Assembly: GCF_001186125.1 (NCBI RefSeq)
Contig: NW_014040323.1
Location: forward strand, 52,085-98,367
Direction: 5' to 3'
DNA length: 46,283 nt
DNA from: Sphaeroforma arctica JP610
Lineage: Eukaryota
The position numbers and the translations under genes were made by a program. Shown in pieces: positions 34,801 through 46,283 of this stretch. Position 1 is the stretch's first letter. Each line of letters starts with the position of its first letter. The notes beneath the pieces were generated by a model. It searched no databases, was not told where the DNA came from, and was given only the letters and a program-made list of their open reading frames with translations.

Positions 34801-37800
34801 TGAACATTGCTGGAGGGGGTGGTGGAGCGATCAGTGCTCGTGGAGCCGTGATATTGATCAGATCCCGTTTCATTGCGAATAGGGCAAATGGAGGGCAATC
34901 CGAACAAGGGTTTGGTGGTGCCGTCTTTGCGGATACACTTGTGGCGGGCGAAACACTATATTTCGGGCATAACACAGCTGGACTTGACGGGGGAGCAATA
35001 GTGTGCCGAGGAGATATTAATATATCCGGTAATATTGATTTTCTTTGTAGCTTAGATAGTCAAAGTGAGGTTCCGGTGCACAAGTGTGGCTCCTTTAACA
35101 AGCATACTTTTTCCCCAAGCGAGTGACACTTCTACAACAGTCTACTTCCCTGCCTTGACATGCGGTACTTTCGCTTTCTGTTTTTTGTTTTTTCATTTAG
35201 GTGCGCAGTTTGAATTCAACTCGGCCACAGAAAACGGCGGAGCAATATCTGCATTTTATCAGGTGGCCTTAGCAAGTAAGTGGTTTTCAAATGGTTCGAA
35301 TATCTTTTTGTCCCTTTCTAGGTGTTGCTCTTCAATTCAGCAGCCTTTTATATTGCCAGAATATACTCATTGCTGATGATACCTCATATTGATCAATCCA
35401 GGCTCAAGCTTTAACGGGAATACAGCTACCGGCAGTGGTGGGGCGCTTTTTCTAAACGACGTCATTATGGCCAACGAAGTAAACTTTACAAATAACGACG
35501 CTGCCGCGAATGGAGGTGCGATATACAGCAGCGGAATTTTTCCTAGTTACTTGGTTGCTGCTCGTCTTACAAACAATACAGCCAGTTTCGGGGGAGGAAT
35601 CTACTCTGAGAATTCTAAAGTAGAATTGTATAACAGCATTGTACAAGACAATGAGGCATTTTCAAAGGGGGGCGCCTTATATGTGCAACAAGTAAGCAAG
35701 CAGTTCCATATCAATTTTACCAATATTTTTAAATTTGTCTGTTTTCTTTCAATTGGGAAACTTAATTGTCCAAACTTAATGCTGCTTACACTTCCGAAGT
35801 TTCTCGTGCAAGTGGCTGAAACGATCCTCTTTTCTATTTCACTTCTAGGTTGTCGTGAGGAACTCCGTCATCAAGTGCAACAAAGCTATCATTGGTGGGG
35901 CGCTCGCTATCACTGGGGTTGTAGTAGACCTTGATAATACTACACGGATCACAAGCAACAATGGCATCTGCTCCAACATCTACTTCCAAAGCGGTATGCA
36001 ATCATGTTGTCATACTTCTCCTCGTTGGTTCTTTTGGTCGATCTGCAGTAAATCGCGCCATCTATCAAGTACTACATTGTGGTGTGTGTTTTTAATAAGA
36101 ACCTGTTTTTACCAATATCTATTGCTACCAGGTCTGGCGTGTGAGGACGGTTTAGGTGATGATTACTGCGACTGTGCCTTCACGGCACAGATGCTCGCTG
36201 AGTGTGGTAACGGTGCGGTGTGCGACATCGAAGCAACAAAGCCGTTTACCACTGATGTGCCCTGTCTTTGTCCCGAAGGCTGGTTTTTGAACACCGCTGG
36301 TGGTTTGTGTATACCTTGCAGCACGTGTGGGACCTCAGCGAGCCAGGCAAGTACGCTCAATGATTTTATGTTTGGCACAAGTGATATATTCAAACATTTA
36401 ACAATGCTTCTTACCAAAAACACATCAAAGCGGCTTGATCGTGGGGCAGCGAATATTCAACAGCATTATTAAAAGTTCTTCAATTACATATGAACAGCTA
36501 GGGTACCCCAGATATTTATAATGAGCTTTCGCCGAGCTATCGAACTAACTCTGCAAACCCTTCACGAGCAGGGTGAGTGCACTAGCAAGCAGGATGTTCA
36601 ATGCGATTGCCCTACCGGTAAGACGGGGCCCAATTGCGAAGATGACTGTAAGTTGCCAGCCAATTGTCTCGAAGGCGATGCTAGTACCTGCCAGTTCGAC
36701 GCTCTCGATTTGAGCTTCGGAGCCGTTTGCACGGCTTGTAACGAAGGGTTTTATCTGCAGGACAGTATCTGCATACCATGCACGACATGTCCTGGCAATG
36801 CTTTGCCTATCGAAGCATGTACTGTTACTGAAGATGCGGTAAGTCAGCGGTCGCTAACCCGTGTGATATGTTTCCGGTAGTTTAAACTGGGCTTTCGGGC
36901 ATGGGAGAACGTACAATGATACTGATGAGTCTTCACACGGGGAATACACCAGAAAATATCGATTATTCTCTGCAGGACTATCTATCATTCTCTGCAATAT
37001 TAAAACAACATCGTTTAACACTGCTCGAATTCCATGTTTGATGTATAGGTGTGCGCGTGTGATGCAGGTAAATCAGGCTCAGCCTGTAACATAAACTGTG
37101 AAGTTCCAGTAGGTTGCTCGGGTCTAAATCTTAGCACAACCGTATGCCAATATAGCCTGGACTCGGGTACTAAAGGAATTGAATGCACCGGCTGTAGGTA
37201 AGTGTCATTTCGATAACCTGCACTGTGGGTATAGTGCGTGTTGTATTCATCTTGCAACTCACAAACCCTAACATTCTTCGACGGATGCTGTAAATCCTGA
37301 CCATAATTCATAGTCGTTCATAGCAATTTCTGCTTATCTCGCTTATTAGGATCGCACTTTAAAATCATGTACATATATTGAATCTAAGTTAACCTTGATA
37401 TGGTCGCAGCTCTGGCTTCTACCACCGACAAGACAACAAACAGTGTGCACAAATCACTGAGTGCAACTTCAATAACGAGTTTGAGATAACTTCATTCAAT
37501 GAGACAGCCGACAGAGTTTGTCAGTCGGTTCAGACTTGTCACGCTGGTCTGGATGGGACTGGAACTTACACCTATTCGATGTTTACGAAAACCAAGGATA
37601 CCGTGTGTCGATCATGCACTCAGAGCTCATCGTGCGTAGATGGAAAACTGGTATGGTCGCGTCACTGTGAAGCACTGACGCGTATCTACATCACAGAAAG
37701 ATGACTAATCATTTGACTGGTAATTCTGAAGGTCCCGTGCATACTTCGTTTTGATTGGTTGGGTTCAACATTCCGCTATCGTGGTCTGAGGGCGATTTGA

Positions 37801-40800
37801 ATGCCATATAACGAGGAATGCATCTATTTGACCGAAGTTTGTGAGGCGTGAATTGACCATTCCTTTCTTGTTATTATACGCACGTGTAACAGGTATCAGA
37901 GTGTACCGATGACTTCGACATAATCTGCGAGTCGTGTGCAGAAGATTATAGCGGAAATGCGTGCGGATATGTTAATGTGGCATTCCAGACCCAAATGTCG
38001 GCGCAGGGTGTGCTCAATCAGACCGAAATACTTTTGAATTCGTGGTCCAGCGGAAGGTGAGTGGTCTTGATATCATGCCTGATGATATGCGATGTATTAC
38101 TGCAGTATACCCAAATAGTGTTATACAGCTTTTGTCCTTGTACTGAAATGAGTGGCCCTGGAATCATGCCTGATGAATTGTGATGTATTGCCGTAGTATA
38201 ATCCAATAAGTGTTGTACAGCTTGTCCTGGTACTAACTTTTCTCTTGCTACCCGTACCACAGTGACATAGAAATACACGTGGCCGAGAACCGTCGCCGCG
38301 CCGAAGATGGTGTCGTGACACTCAACTTTACACGCTCGTCTGCCGATGTTTTGGAGTACGCTATGCAGTCAACGAACAACCGAGCTTCTCTTGCCGCAAC
38401 AACCGAATCCACTGCTCTTCGGATCGCGAACGAGGAACCAGTGGATTTGGATACGAAGTACGTACCCTAGCCTTATCTGCCTTTGATGTAGCAGTCCAAG
38501 AAGATTGTACCAACCGCACATTGTTGATACGATACCAGGAGTGAATGCGATTATCCGGACTAACCCATTTTAATATTGTCTTTGCGTTACCCCATGGCAG
38601 CGATGACAGCCTCTCGGCCGGAGCGATAATCGGCATTGTAGCCTGCGTGTTACTTGTGCTGTGCTTTGTTGCGGGGCTCATCGCGTTCTGTATGTACCGC
38701 AAAAGACAGCGCCAGGCCAAGAAAGCAAGAATCCATCCCCTGTTCAATCTTCCGGCCAATCTCCTGAAACGTAAGTTGAAATGCAATACAGCACGAGGGC
38801 GTATATGCTTCACTTTCAAAAATGTCGCAATGCCCACACACAGCTGCTGCTGCCCATTTTTCTTCCACACTTGTACCCATGTATAGCTGATGACGGCCTT
38901 AGATCCGAGGACACCATATTTCCACAGTTACAATGTTGAACTATAATAAGCTTCGCACATCGATCTCAACTCGTGTGTGCAATCTGTACAGGAATCAACG
39001 ATGCGGATGCTATGGTAGTGCGACAGAAGGCGCGAGAAAGTGGCGAAGACATCGACCCGAAGCGACTCAAAGTGGTGCAGAAGCTGGGTGGTGGAAACTT
39101 TGGAGAGGTGTTCTTTGCAATGCTCAAGGATAGTCACGGTCGAGAATCCCCTGTGGCTGTTAAACAATTAAATGACCGCCAATCCGAAGAGGCTAAGGAT
39201 GTATTTTTCGAAGAAGCGGTATGTACAGTCGCATGGGTCGAGTGGGAGACGCTGTATAAGAAATCAGTCAATTGGCGTACGATCTCTCTTTTAGATACGA
39301 AGCCGGATGCCTTCTTGTCCATATACTGATTTGCTGTTAAAAATCTTCATGTCCAGAACTTGATGAAAAGCATCAATCATGCGAATGTGTTGGATTGTAT
39401 CGGAATCAGCAAAGGGCCACCAGGAGCTATCATTATGGACATCATGGTGCTCGGTGATCTCCATACTTATCTGAGTTCCCAGTAAGAATACATTCTAGTC
39501 ATTCCTCCTACCGTGCACTCTGTCTATGATTGCTCAACATAATCTCAGCGTTCTGTATAGCAATCCAGTCACTTGTTCAATTTGGTGTATGCTTCAATAT
39601 GTTGGCGCGTCGCTGTCAAATTGGCTACGTATTCTCCTGACTGTATTTTCATGGCCAGTTTCTAACTACAAGATCATCTCAAACCTTAGGTTCGATCGAG
39701 AGGAGCCTGTCACGATTGCGGAGAAGTACCATTTGTCATATCAAATCGCCAGCGGAATGAACTATCTGCAGAGCCAGGGGATCGTGCACAGAGACCTGGC
39801 CACCAGAAATTGCATGTTGTCACTAGCAGGACCCGTAAGTTGGATGTGTCATTCTCTTTCAAGTTTTGCATGCACTCCTTTCCTACCCTATTGCAAATGT
39901 GATTGGGTGTGATATGTGTTTGTAATACCGTGCTCAGAGGGTTTTCGAGTTTTGCCTGCACTCCTATTATATTGCAAATGTGATCGGGTGTGATATGTGC
40001 CTGTAATACCGTTGCTCTAGATGTTTGAGTATTTCTAGTACATGCTCACGACTGGATATGCTGTTGTCCCTATGTACTCACACTGTACTTGTTTTTTTGG
40101 ATTGAATCTCACCTACAGAATACCCTCGGCTACCCCACATTGAAAGTTGCGGACTTCGGGCTGTCGCGAGTGATCGACGCTGACACCAGCGACTATGTAA
40201 TGGAATCCAAAACCAGTCTACCCTTTCGTTGGTTGTCTCCTCGCGCTATGCTGGAGGTATGTATAGTACGTGAGATGAGTGCGACTTCCCATATACCTTC
40301 AAAATCGTTTGGTCGGGGGCCGGGGAAGTGTTCGGTGCCCTCGTGGCTACTGTCACAGAATGCAGTTTCTGAGACCTGTTCCAACTGATTCGATATATAT
40401 GATACTACCAAGCGCACTCGATCTATCATTGTAACATCCCAATTGCAATACATTGGATACTAATCTATTCGCATTATATTTGCGTAGGGCCGCTTTTCAT
40501 CGGCATCGGATGTCTGGTCTTACGGTGTGACACTGTGGGAGCTCTTCAGCAATGCCGAAGAGATACCATACAAAGGTGTCAACATGTTTGCAATCTTATC
40601 CAAACTGCAAGCCGGCGATCGGCTGGAGAGGCCCGACCAGTGCCCAAAGGTGAGCGGATGGGTTTTGCATAACTTTGTGCACATGGGAAAAATACAGTGA
40701 ATTGCGGGCACATATTGACACGACGGGGGCAAAAGGTTTCATACTTATGATTGAGAGACGTGCTAATATAATTCATTGGAAACTTGTGAATTTTGAATAA

Positions 40801-42336
40801 GAGATGTACTACAACTCATTGGTGTCTAACTACATGTTATGTTGTCTGCACATGGAATAGGATGCGTACGATCTTATGAGTGCCTGCTGGAAGATCAAGC
40901 CCGAAAACAGACCAGAATTCGATACACTGGAACGCGACTTCGCCTACTTGTTTGTGCCACAATGCAGCGTGCCGGTCATGGTGGAGGTATGTTTTGCAGC
41001 CTATGCCATGTTTAAGTTTTTCGTCTATGCCATGATTAGGCTTTGCTGCCTATGCTCATGTTTAGGTTTTTCGTCTATGCCATGATTAGATTTTGCTGCC
41101 TATGCTCATGTTTAGGTTTTTCGTCTATGCCATGATTAGATTTTGCTGCCTATGCTTATGTTAGGTATACTCCACCCTATCGCCCCATGTGTCGAGTTTG
41201 TCACGCGCAAGTGCTCGTTAGAATGGTTTGGCAGAGCTTCATTTCGCAATGTCCTCGTGAACATGAGGCGCACATGAACTGCACTTCACTAAATTTAGCT
41301 GTGTCAATACTGGCTGTGCTAAGTAGTCTTTTTAGACGAATCACAATCCCGTTTAGCAGCAACGAGTAACCGAATCCAAAAATATTAGTTTGAGACTTCT
41401 CCAATAACTCACTCGCTATCTATTGCAGACAAGCCCGGATGGCTCTATCGTCATCATCGAGGGTCGTGACAAGAGAAAGTTCATGGATACGGGCAGGCTC
41501 GTAGCCGAGGGCAGAGGTAAAGTAACTGTCTGAACCCCTATTGTTAAACTTATTTATTGACCACTGGTATCGAGGTGGTTTTTCTGCTGTGTCAATACCA
41601 TGGAGCAGAATTTTTCTAGCTTGTACCTGTCGCAGCAGCTTAACCGATCACTAAACTTTTTTTCTTCTCTCAGTAATGGGATACGATGAGGAACCAGAGG
41701 TCCCTGTTTACGATGATGTTAATTTCAAATCGGACGAATCAACTAAGAAGGTATGAGTGCCATTTGGATTAATTTGCCGGTTTGAGAGACAAAGTAACAG
41801 AGTAAACCGGTTCATATATTGAGTTATTACTGTTGTTGCCCCACCACTATATGACATACTACTGAGTTGAGTGCAATAACTTGCACCTCTATATATGTCA
41901 TACTACTGAGTTGAGTACAATCACTTGCAAACTTCTTACTCGCATCTAAGCAAAGTTCTGAAAGCTCAGTTGTCTATTTCGATCTCTAAATCCGGATTTT
42001 AATTGCAACTAAATACCTCAATGTGACACACAGTTAAACGGCCAGAACAGCCATGGTCTGGCAAAGGGTTACGAAAATGTTCATGGCGCGGACGCCAAAA
42101 ACAAAGCCGACGAGCTGTACGACGATGTACACGGCGCCAATCTTCCGTCGATGGCAAGAGATTACTCTAACATGCCACCCTCGAGAGGCTCGCTGATGCC
42201 TGACGAGCCTGAGAAGTTGTACAATTGGAGTGGTGCGAAATTGGGTGATACGGCCGTGAGCAGTCCACAACGAAACTTGCCGATTGACAGTCTAGCACGA
42301 ATGCTCAAGGATGGAGACGAGGCGCACCTGGTTTAA
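31884..42336 (+). CDS. Receptor tyrosine kinase, 28 exons, ~1592 aa: signal peptide, Pmp-like beta-helix repeats, TNFR/furin-like Cys-rich repeats, TM helix, TK domain, Tyr-motif tail
   Basis: Exons 31884-32046, 32343-32469, 32651-32785, 32881-32983, 33313-33462, 33609-33747, 33871-33953, 34227-34404, 34630-35028, 35201-35275, 35402-35691, 35849-35993, 36132-36346, 36572-36838, 37049-37197, 37410-37650, 37893-38056, 38263-38457, 38601-38770, 38992-39218, 39357-39481, 39690-39834, 40119-40256, 40488-40649, 40861-40986, 41429-41516, 41674-41750, 42034-42336. They are phase-consistent and total 4779 nt. Kinase motifs: [49 protein letters not shown]...P..RP.F. TM helix: [25 protein letters not shown] followed by RKRQR. 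Confidence 0.93.
40992..41166. repeat. ~3.5 copies of a 50-bp tandem repeat in an RTK intron
   Basis: Unit ttttgctgcctatgctcatgtttaggtttttcgtctatgccatgattaga repeated at a 50-nt period. Confidence 0.93.
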
Positions 42337-42964
42337 GAATAGCACAACTAAATAAGTAGCATGTAGGCATATTAGTGGTCAGAGGTTGGGAACACGTAGA
42401 CTCGACTGTCTGAAGCAGACTTAAATTACTCAAATATCAATTAGTATCAATAATCAATATCAATCAATCCGGTAAATCAGATCGAACACAGACAGCACTT
42501 TCCAATTGCATAATAAAATGGAGAAAAATACATATCACAACATCCACTACATGAGACTTGCAGATTCAATTTCCCGCGTATGGTATCACAGTTGGCGAAA
42601 ATTAACACGACACGACTAGAATTGACATATGAAAGTGGAATTTGATACTAATCAACGGAACAATTTGTTGACTGGGTCATGAGGCCCATGCACCGAGTAG
42701 TACGGGCTTCTCTATAGATGCTCTCTAACAAATTATCGAGTGCGAATCAGACAGATTCGCACCCACAAGATAACGATATATGGATGTTTTTAATTGCTAC
42801 GCGTTGTGTTGTAGTGTGGTGTCTAGACATCTGGCAGCGCCCCTCCTTCTTCATTCCCCAATTCATAAAACTACTACTCGATTCCAAAATCTTCATGAGA
42901 GACTCGTGCCGATTGGCGTTGCAGGAGATGCCGCATTGCACAATTCCTCTAAGCTCTGGGCCTT

Positions 42965-44971
42965 TCACGTATTTAGAAGGGGCCAACGAACCGTGAATTC
43001 CATCTGACAAAAGCAGTACCTGCTAGTCCCAGAGCACACTTTCCCTCGCACCCGTGTTATGCATATAAGTGCGGAACCGTTCTAGGCGAAGCCCTCACCA
43101 TGACCTGAACCTTATTTTCCTTTTTGGGACCAGTAATGCTACGACCAATGCCTTCGGCTCCCTTCCCGGTGCACCTGCTGGCCTGATCGACACGTTTATC
43201 TGCTTTCTCCTTGCGCGTATGTCTGTCTGAGCTTGTACGCCTCGTGGGTGGTTGGACAGTGGCAGATACGCACCTCACTATCACCCGTTTTTGCTCTTGT
43301 GCTATTTTCTCTATCAACCCCGATGCCATTGTTCCGGAAAAATCCACGTTCGACAGTAAACCCGTGCTACCGAGCGCTGCCCTGTCTACCGTCCGATATT
43401 CTGCTGATGTATTGTACGAGAAGTCCCGATCCCGCATTTCTTGGCCGGCTGCTTTTCTACTCGTCTCCCCGCTACTCCCAGTACTGACTGTCCCTTTCAG
43501 TGTGTGAGGGGAGTGGGAGTGGAGTCTGAGGCTGACAAAGGACGAAAGAATTTTCGGACTGGTTGTTGTGCTTCTGCACTTACGCATGTCGATTTCATCT
43601 TTCGACTTGCTCACGCTACTCGGCCGTGAACGGTAAGGACTGTGGCCCTCGCCATCGCTGGCACAAGCGTGCGTCGGTGTATCAATTCTGATCTCGGATC
43701 CAGGAAATCGCTCAGTACTTCTCTTGCCCTCCATAACCCCTCCTATACAGCAGCTGCTAGCGTCATTCAACCCGTCATTCATTCGCTTCAGACTGTATCC
43801 TCGAGACAACGGGTGGGGCCTAGCTGCATATCCGCCATGACTAACTCTCCTGATAGAACAATCCCCGGTGCTAGTGGCCGAAGCATTTGCTGTGCCAAGA
43901 CCACCGCGCGCGTCTCGCTCCCCACCACTCCTACCACCACGGCCCGTGTCTAAATCCCCAGAGATGTCTTCTTGCAACTTACTCGCAGACCTAGCTGCAC
44001 TGCTAAGGAGAACCATAGGACTGCTCGTCTTCCGATGCACACCCCTATTTGCTTCGATCGAGTTCGGCCTACCGCCTGAATGGGTACGCGTACAGGAGAT
44101 TTTGTCGCTGCCAGGTCTGTAGTCTACATATCCATCACTGGCAACGGCAGCTAAATGCTCAACCGTGCCGGAGTGTTTGACTAAATGGCTAGCCGTGCGT
44201 TGTGTATTTCTACCTGCGGACGTTTCATTCGTACCTGAACTACCAATACTAATCCCTCGAGCTACATATTGATAACTCTTGCGCCTAGGGTCCTTATCCG
44301 TCATGTGAATATTATCTTCAGACGTTTGAACGGCACCATTCCTCGGCTGTTCCATCAGAAAAACTGGGTACTCTCCACTCTCGGACGAGAGACACTGGGC
44401 AGAGTGTCTCGCCACGTGGTCGTATTCCCTGACAGAGCTCGAGCTGAGAGCGAAATCAACCATGGCAACACCAGACCGGATACTGTTCAGGTCCTCTTCT
44501 ACATACGCGCTATCTACGCGAGTGCTCAGGCTATCCGCTTGGTCGCCTCTCGGCTTATCATCCTGCACACAGTGTTGCTTAGTAAGCGCTGGCGTGTCCG
44601 CGAGAATCTGCTGGTTCTCACATCCACGACCGCGCCCTAAAAAATCACAGCTCTCATCAGTGTTATGGCCTTCCGAGGGGGCCAAGCTCCTGTCATTCTC
44701 CATGCTTGCCTCGGCTTGTTTATTCTGTGCTTCTTCGGTCATTCGATGAAAGTCTTCGTATGTGGGTGGTTTATAAGACGCTTGTGTATGACTACTACTG
44801 ACTGCCTCCATGGAGTTCGCATCACTGTTCGTGGTCGATCGATCGCCATAGTAGGTCTCTTTCTCTCTGGGGATATGTTGTAGAGCCGCGATGCGAGCGT
44901 TTTCGCTTTGAATTGCTGCCCTTTGTTGCAATGCAAGAGCTTGAGCAGCGCTGCCTTGATGCGAGTAGTGG

Positions 44972-45006
<35 letters not shown>

Positions 45007-46034
45007 GAGTGTGAATTCATACTCCGGAGGATCTGCCAATTCGTTCATATTGGATTCCTCTGTTGCATGTCGTTGCAAGCAAGAAAGAAACAACTATTAG
45101 ATGAGTTTCGTTCGCTTTGGCAGATTTCGCTGTGCTATCAGTGTAGGCGAGGTACCAGACTAGCTTCATAGAAATCCTATTCAAAATTTGTGTTTCTTTC
45201 ATATCGTAGTTTAGGCCCATCGACCAGAAACGACAATAAAAAAATTAAGAAACGACCGAAGCACGCACGACCACGACCCACTTTCAGCGAGAAACAAATG
45301 CAAGTGCCGGGTGGTGTATACCTGTATACGTGGGCGGCACACTAGCTACTTGCGCGTGCTTGAGAATTTTAGTTAGACACATCAAAAAAGGAACCAGTGC
45401 GCTGGGTGGGTCAAATGTGAGACTGAATATCGCCCGCTCCGGGACTCCATCTTCCAGTTCTAGGAATCCTTTTAATTTGTTTCTGCGACCGAACCAATCC
45501 TGTGTTTTGGCTGTACGCAGAAATCTGGCCGGCGAGCAGTAGATGATAATAATAGATATGAGCCGCGTACGACTAATGCGGAGTATTCTACATTTAGAGA
45601 TTATCAACTTGATGAGATATACGTATAAGAAATTGGAGTGCGACAGTAGCGACATGGAAAGTCATGACATAAATTTCGAATATAGAGCAAAAGATCTTCA
45701 AATAGGTATCTTCCTATCCGGAATGCCTACTACTACTGATGTTTACCTCCGAGAAACGCGACATTCTAAGATTCGATCGCAAAATTGTAAATATAGTCCC
45801 ATACTTGATTTTCTGCCGGAATCAAGAAAATAGTTCAAGTGAACTTCAAAAGCGCGTAATGCATTGACCACTCTCAGCATAAAAGCCTACCTATTAAGCT
45901 GGAAGACGAAGTTCCTAAACTGCGATGCCTTAACAGTATTGACGAATACAACTCTTCGATTTGTCACGATTATTCCGCCACGACCTATCTGCGTATATTT
46001 TGCAGTTTTGATCTTCAGTCTCACGTTTCCATGA
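42965..46034 (-). CDS. WBP2-like protein (GRAM/PH-like domain + PPxY motifs) with a long disordered tail; 5' end not identified
   Basis: Phase-consistent exons 46034-45891 (GRGGIIVTNRRVVFVN...FRNFVFQL), 45524-45322 (QDWFGRRNKLKG...FSLTFDPPSALVPF...VPPTY) and 45059-~43099, plus a possible last exon 43003-42965. Alternatively the frame reads through to the stop at 43057. The sequence resembles the WBP2 GRAM/WWbp region (G-x-x-x-x-T-x-x-R-V-x-F; Q-x-x-FG-x-N-x-x-KG; L-T-F). PPxY motifs: PPTY, PPEY, PPTY. Confidence 0.7.
44971..45007 (-). repeat. (AAC)n coding trinucleotide repeat giving a poly-Asn tract
   Basis: (GTT)n on the plus strand; a run of about 12 Asn in the 678-aa ORF. Confidence 0.95.
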
Positions 46035-46283
46035 CTGTGTGTGAAGCGACAAAGTCAAAGATGAAAACCATGGCATTGTATGCCCTGAAGCGCATTCGTT
46101 CAACCACAACTTAATCAATATATAATCATCAGGAACTTTGATCAAGAAAACAAATTGTTGATATGCACCTGAATGTAATTACTACAAGGTATGTATGATA
46201 GCTAATGAATCTAACGAGAAATCCAAAAGTATATCTATATATTAATATATATATATTTATGTATACATATATACATATATACG

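Noticed and set aside
36922..36960. CTGATGA...GAAA resembling a hammerhead ribozyme core in an RTK intron
   Set aside because: The sequence between the two motifs does not form the required stem II, and stems I/III with a cleavage triplet are not evident.
42747..43010. 87-aa minus-strand ORF as the last exon of the WBP2-like gene
   Set aside because: The best donor (ATG|GTGAGG at 43098) is phase 0, which selects the short MEFTVRWPLLNT* frame rather than this one; unresolved without RNA data.

Overview
Eukaryotic, intron-rich genomic DNA with (TA)n/(TG)n microsatellites and assembly gaps. The gene content (a receptor tyrosine kinase with a non-animal ectodomain, a 7TM-RGS protein, a WBP2-like protein) suggests a unicellular holozoan such as an ichthyosporean; this is an inference. 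From left to right: (1) a 6-exon palmitoyl-protein thioesterase PPT1 gene (+) with intronic minisatellites; (2) an intronless gene (-) whose N-terminal half resembles bacterial DUF1905 + YdeI/OmpD-associated (OmdA) proteins, fused to a basic disordered tail, a candidate horizontal transfer; (3) a pseudogenised (+) and an intact (-) copy of a secreted Cys-rich protein gene in inverted orientation, flanking (4) a ~1650-aa 7TM-RGS gene (-) and (5) a decayed pogo/Tc5-type DNA transposon next to a PHD-finger fragment split by a 267-bp insertion with a 17-bp direct repeat; (6) a foldback/MITE-like element; (7) a 28-exon receptor tyrosine kinase (+, ~1592 aa) with Pmp-like GGA(I/L/V)/FxxN repeats, TNFR-like Cys repeats, a GC-AG intron and Arg in place of the APE glutamate; (8) a convergent WBP2-like GRAM + PPxY gene (-) whose 5' end was not found. 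Exon models were assembled by hand from splice signals and phase. No database searches were run, so family calls rest on motif recognition.
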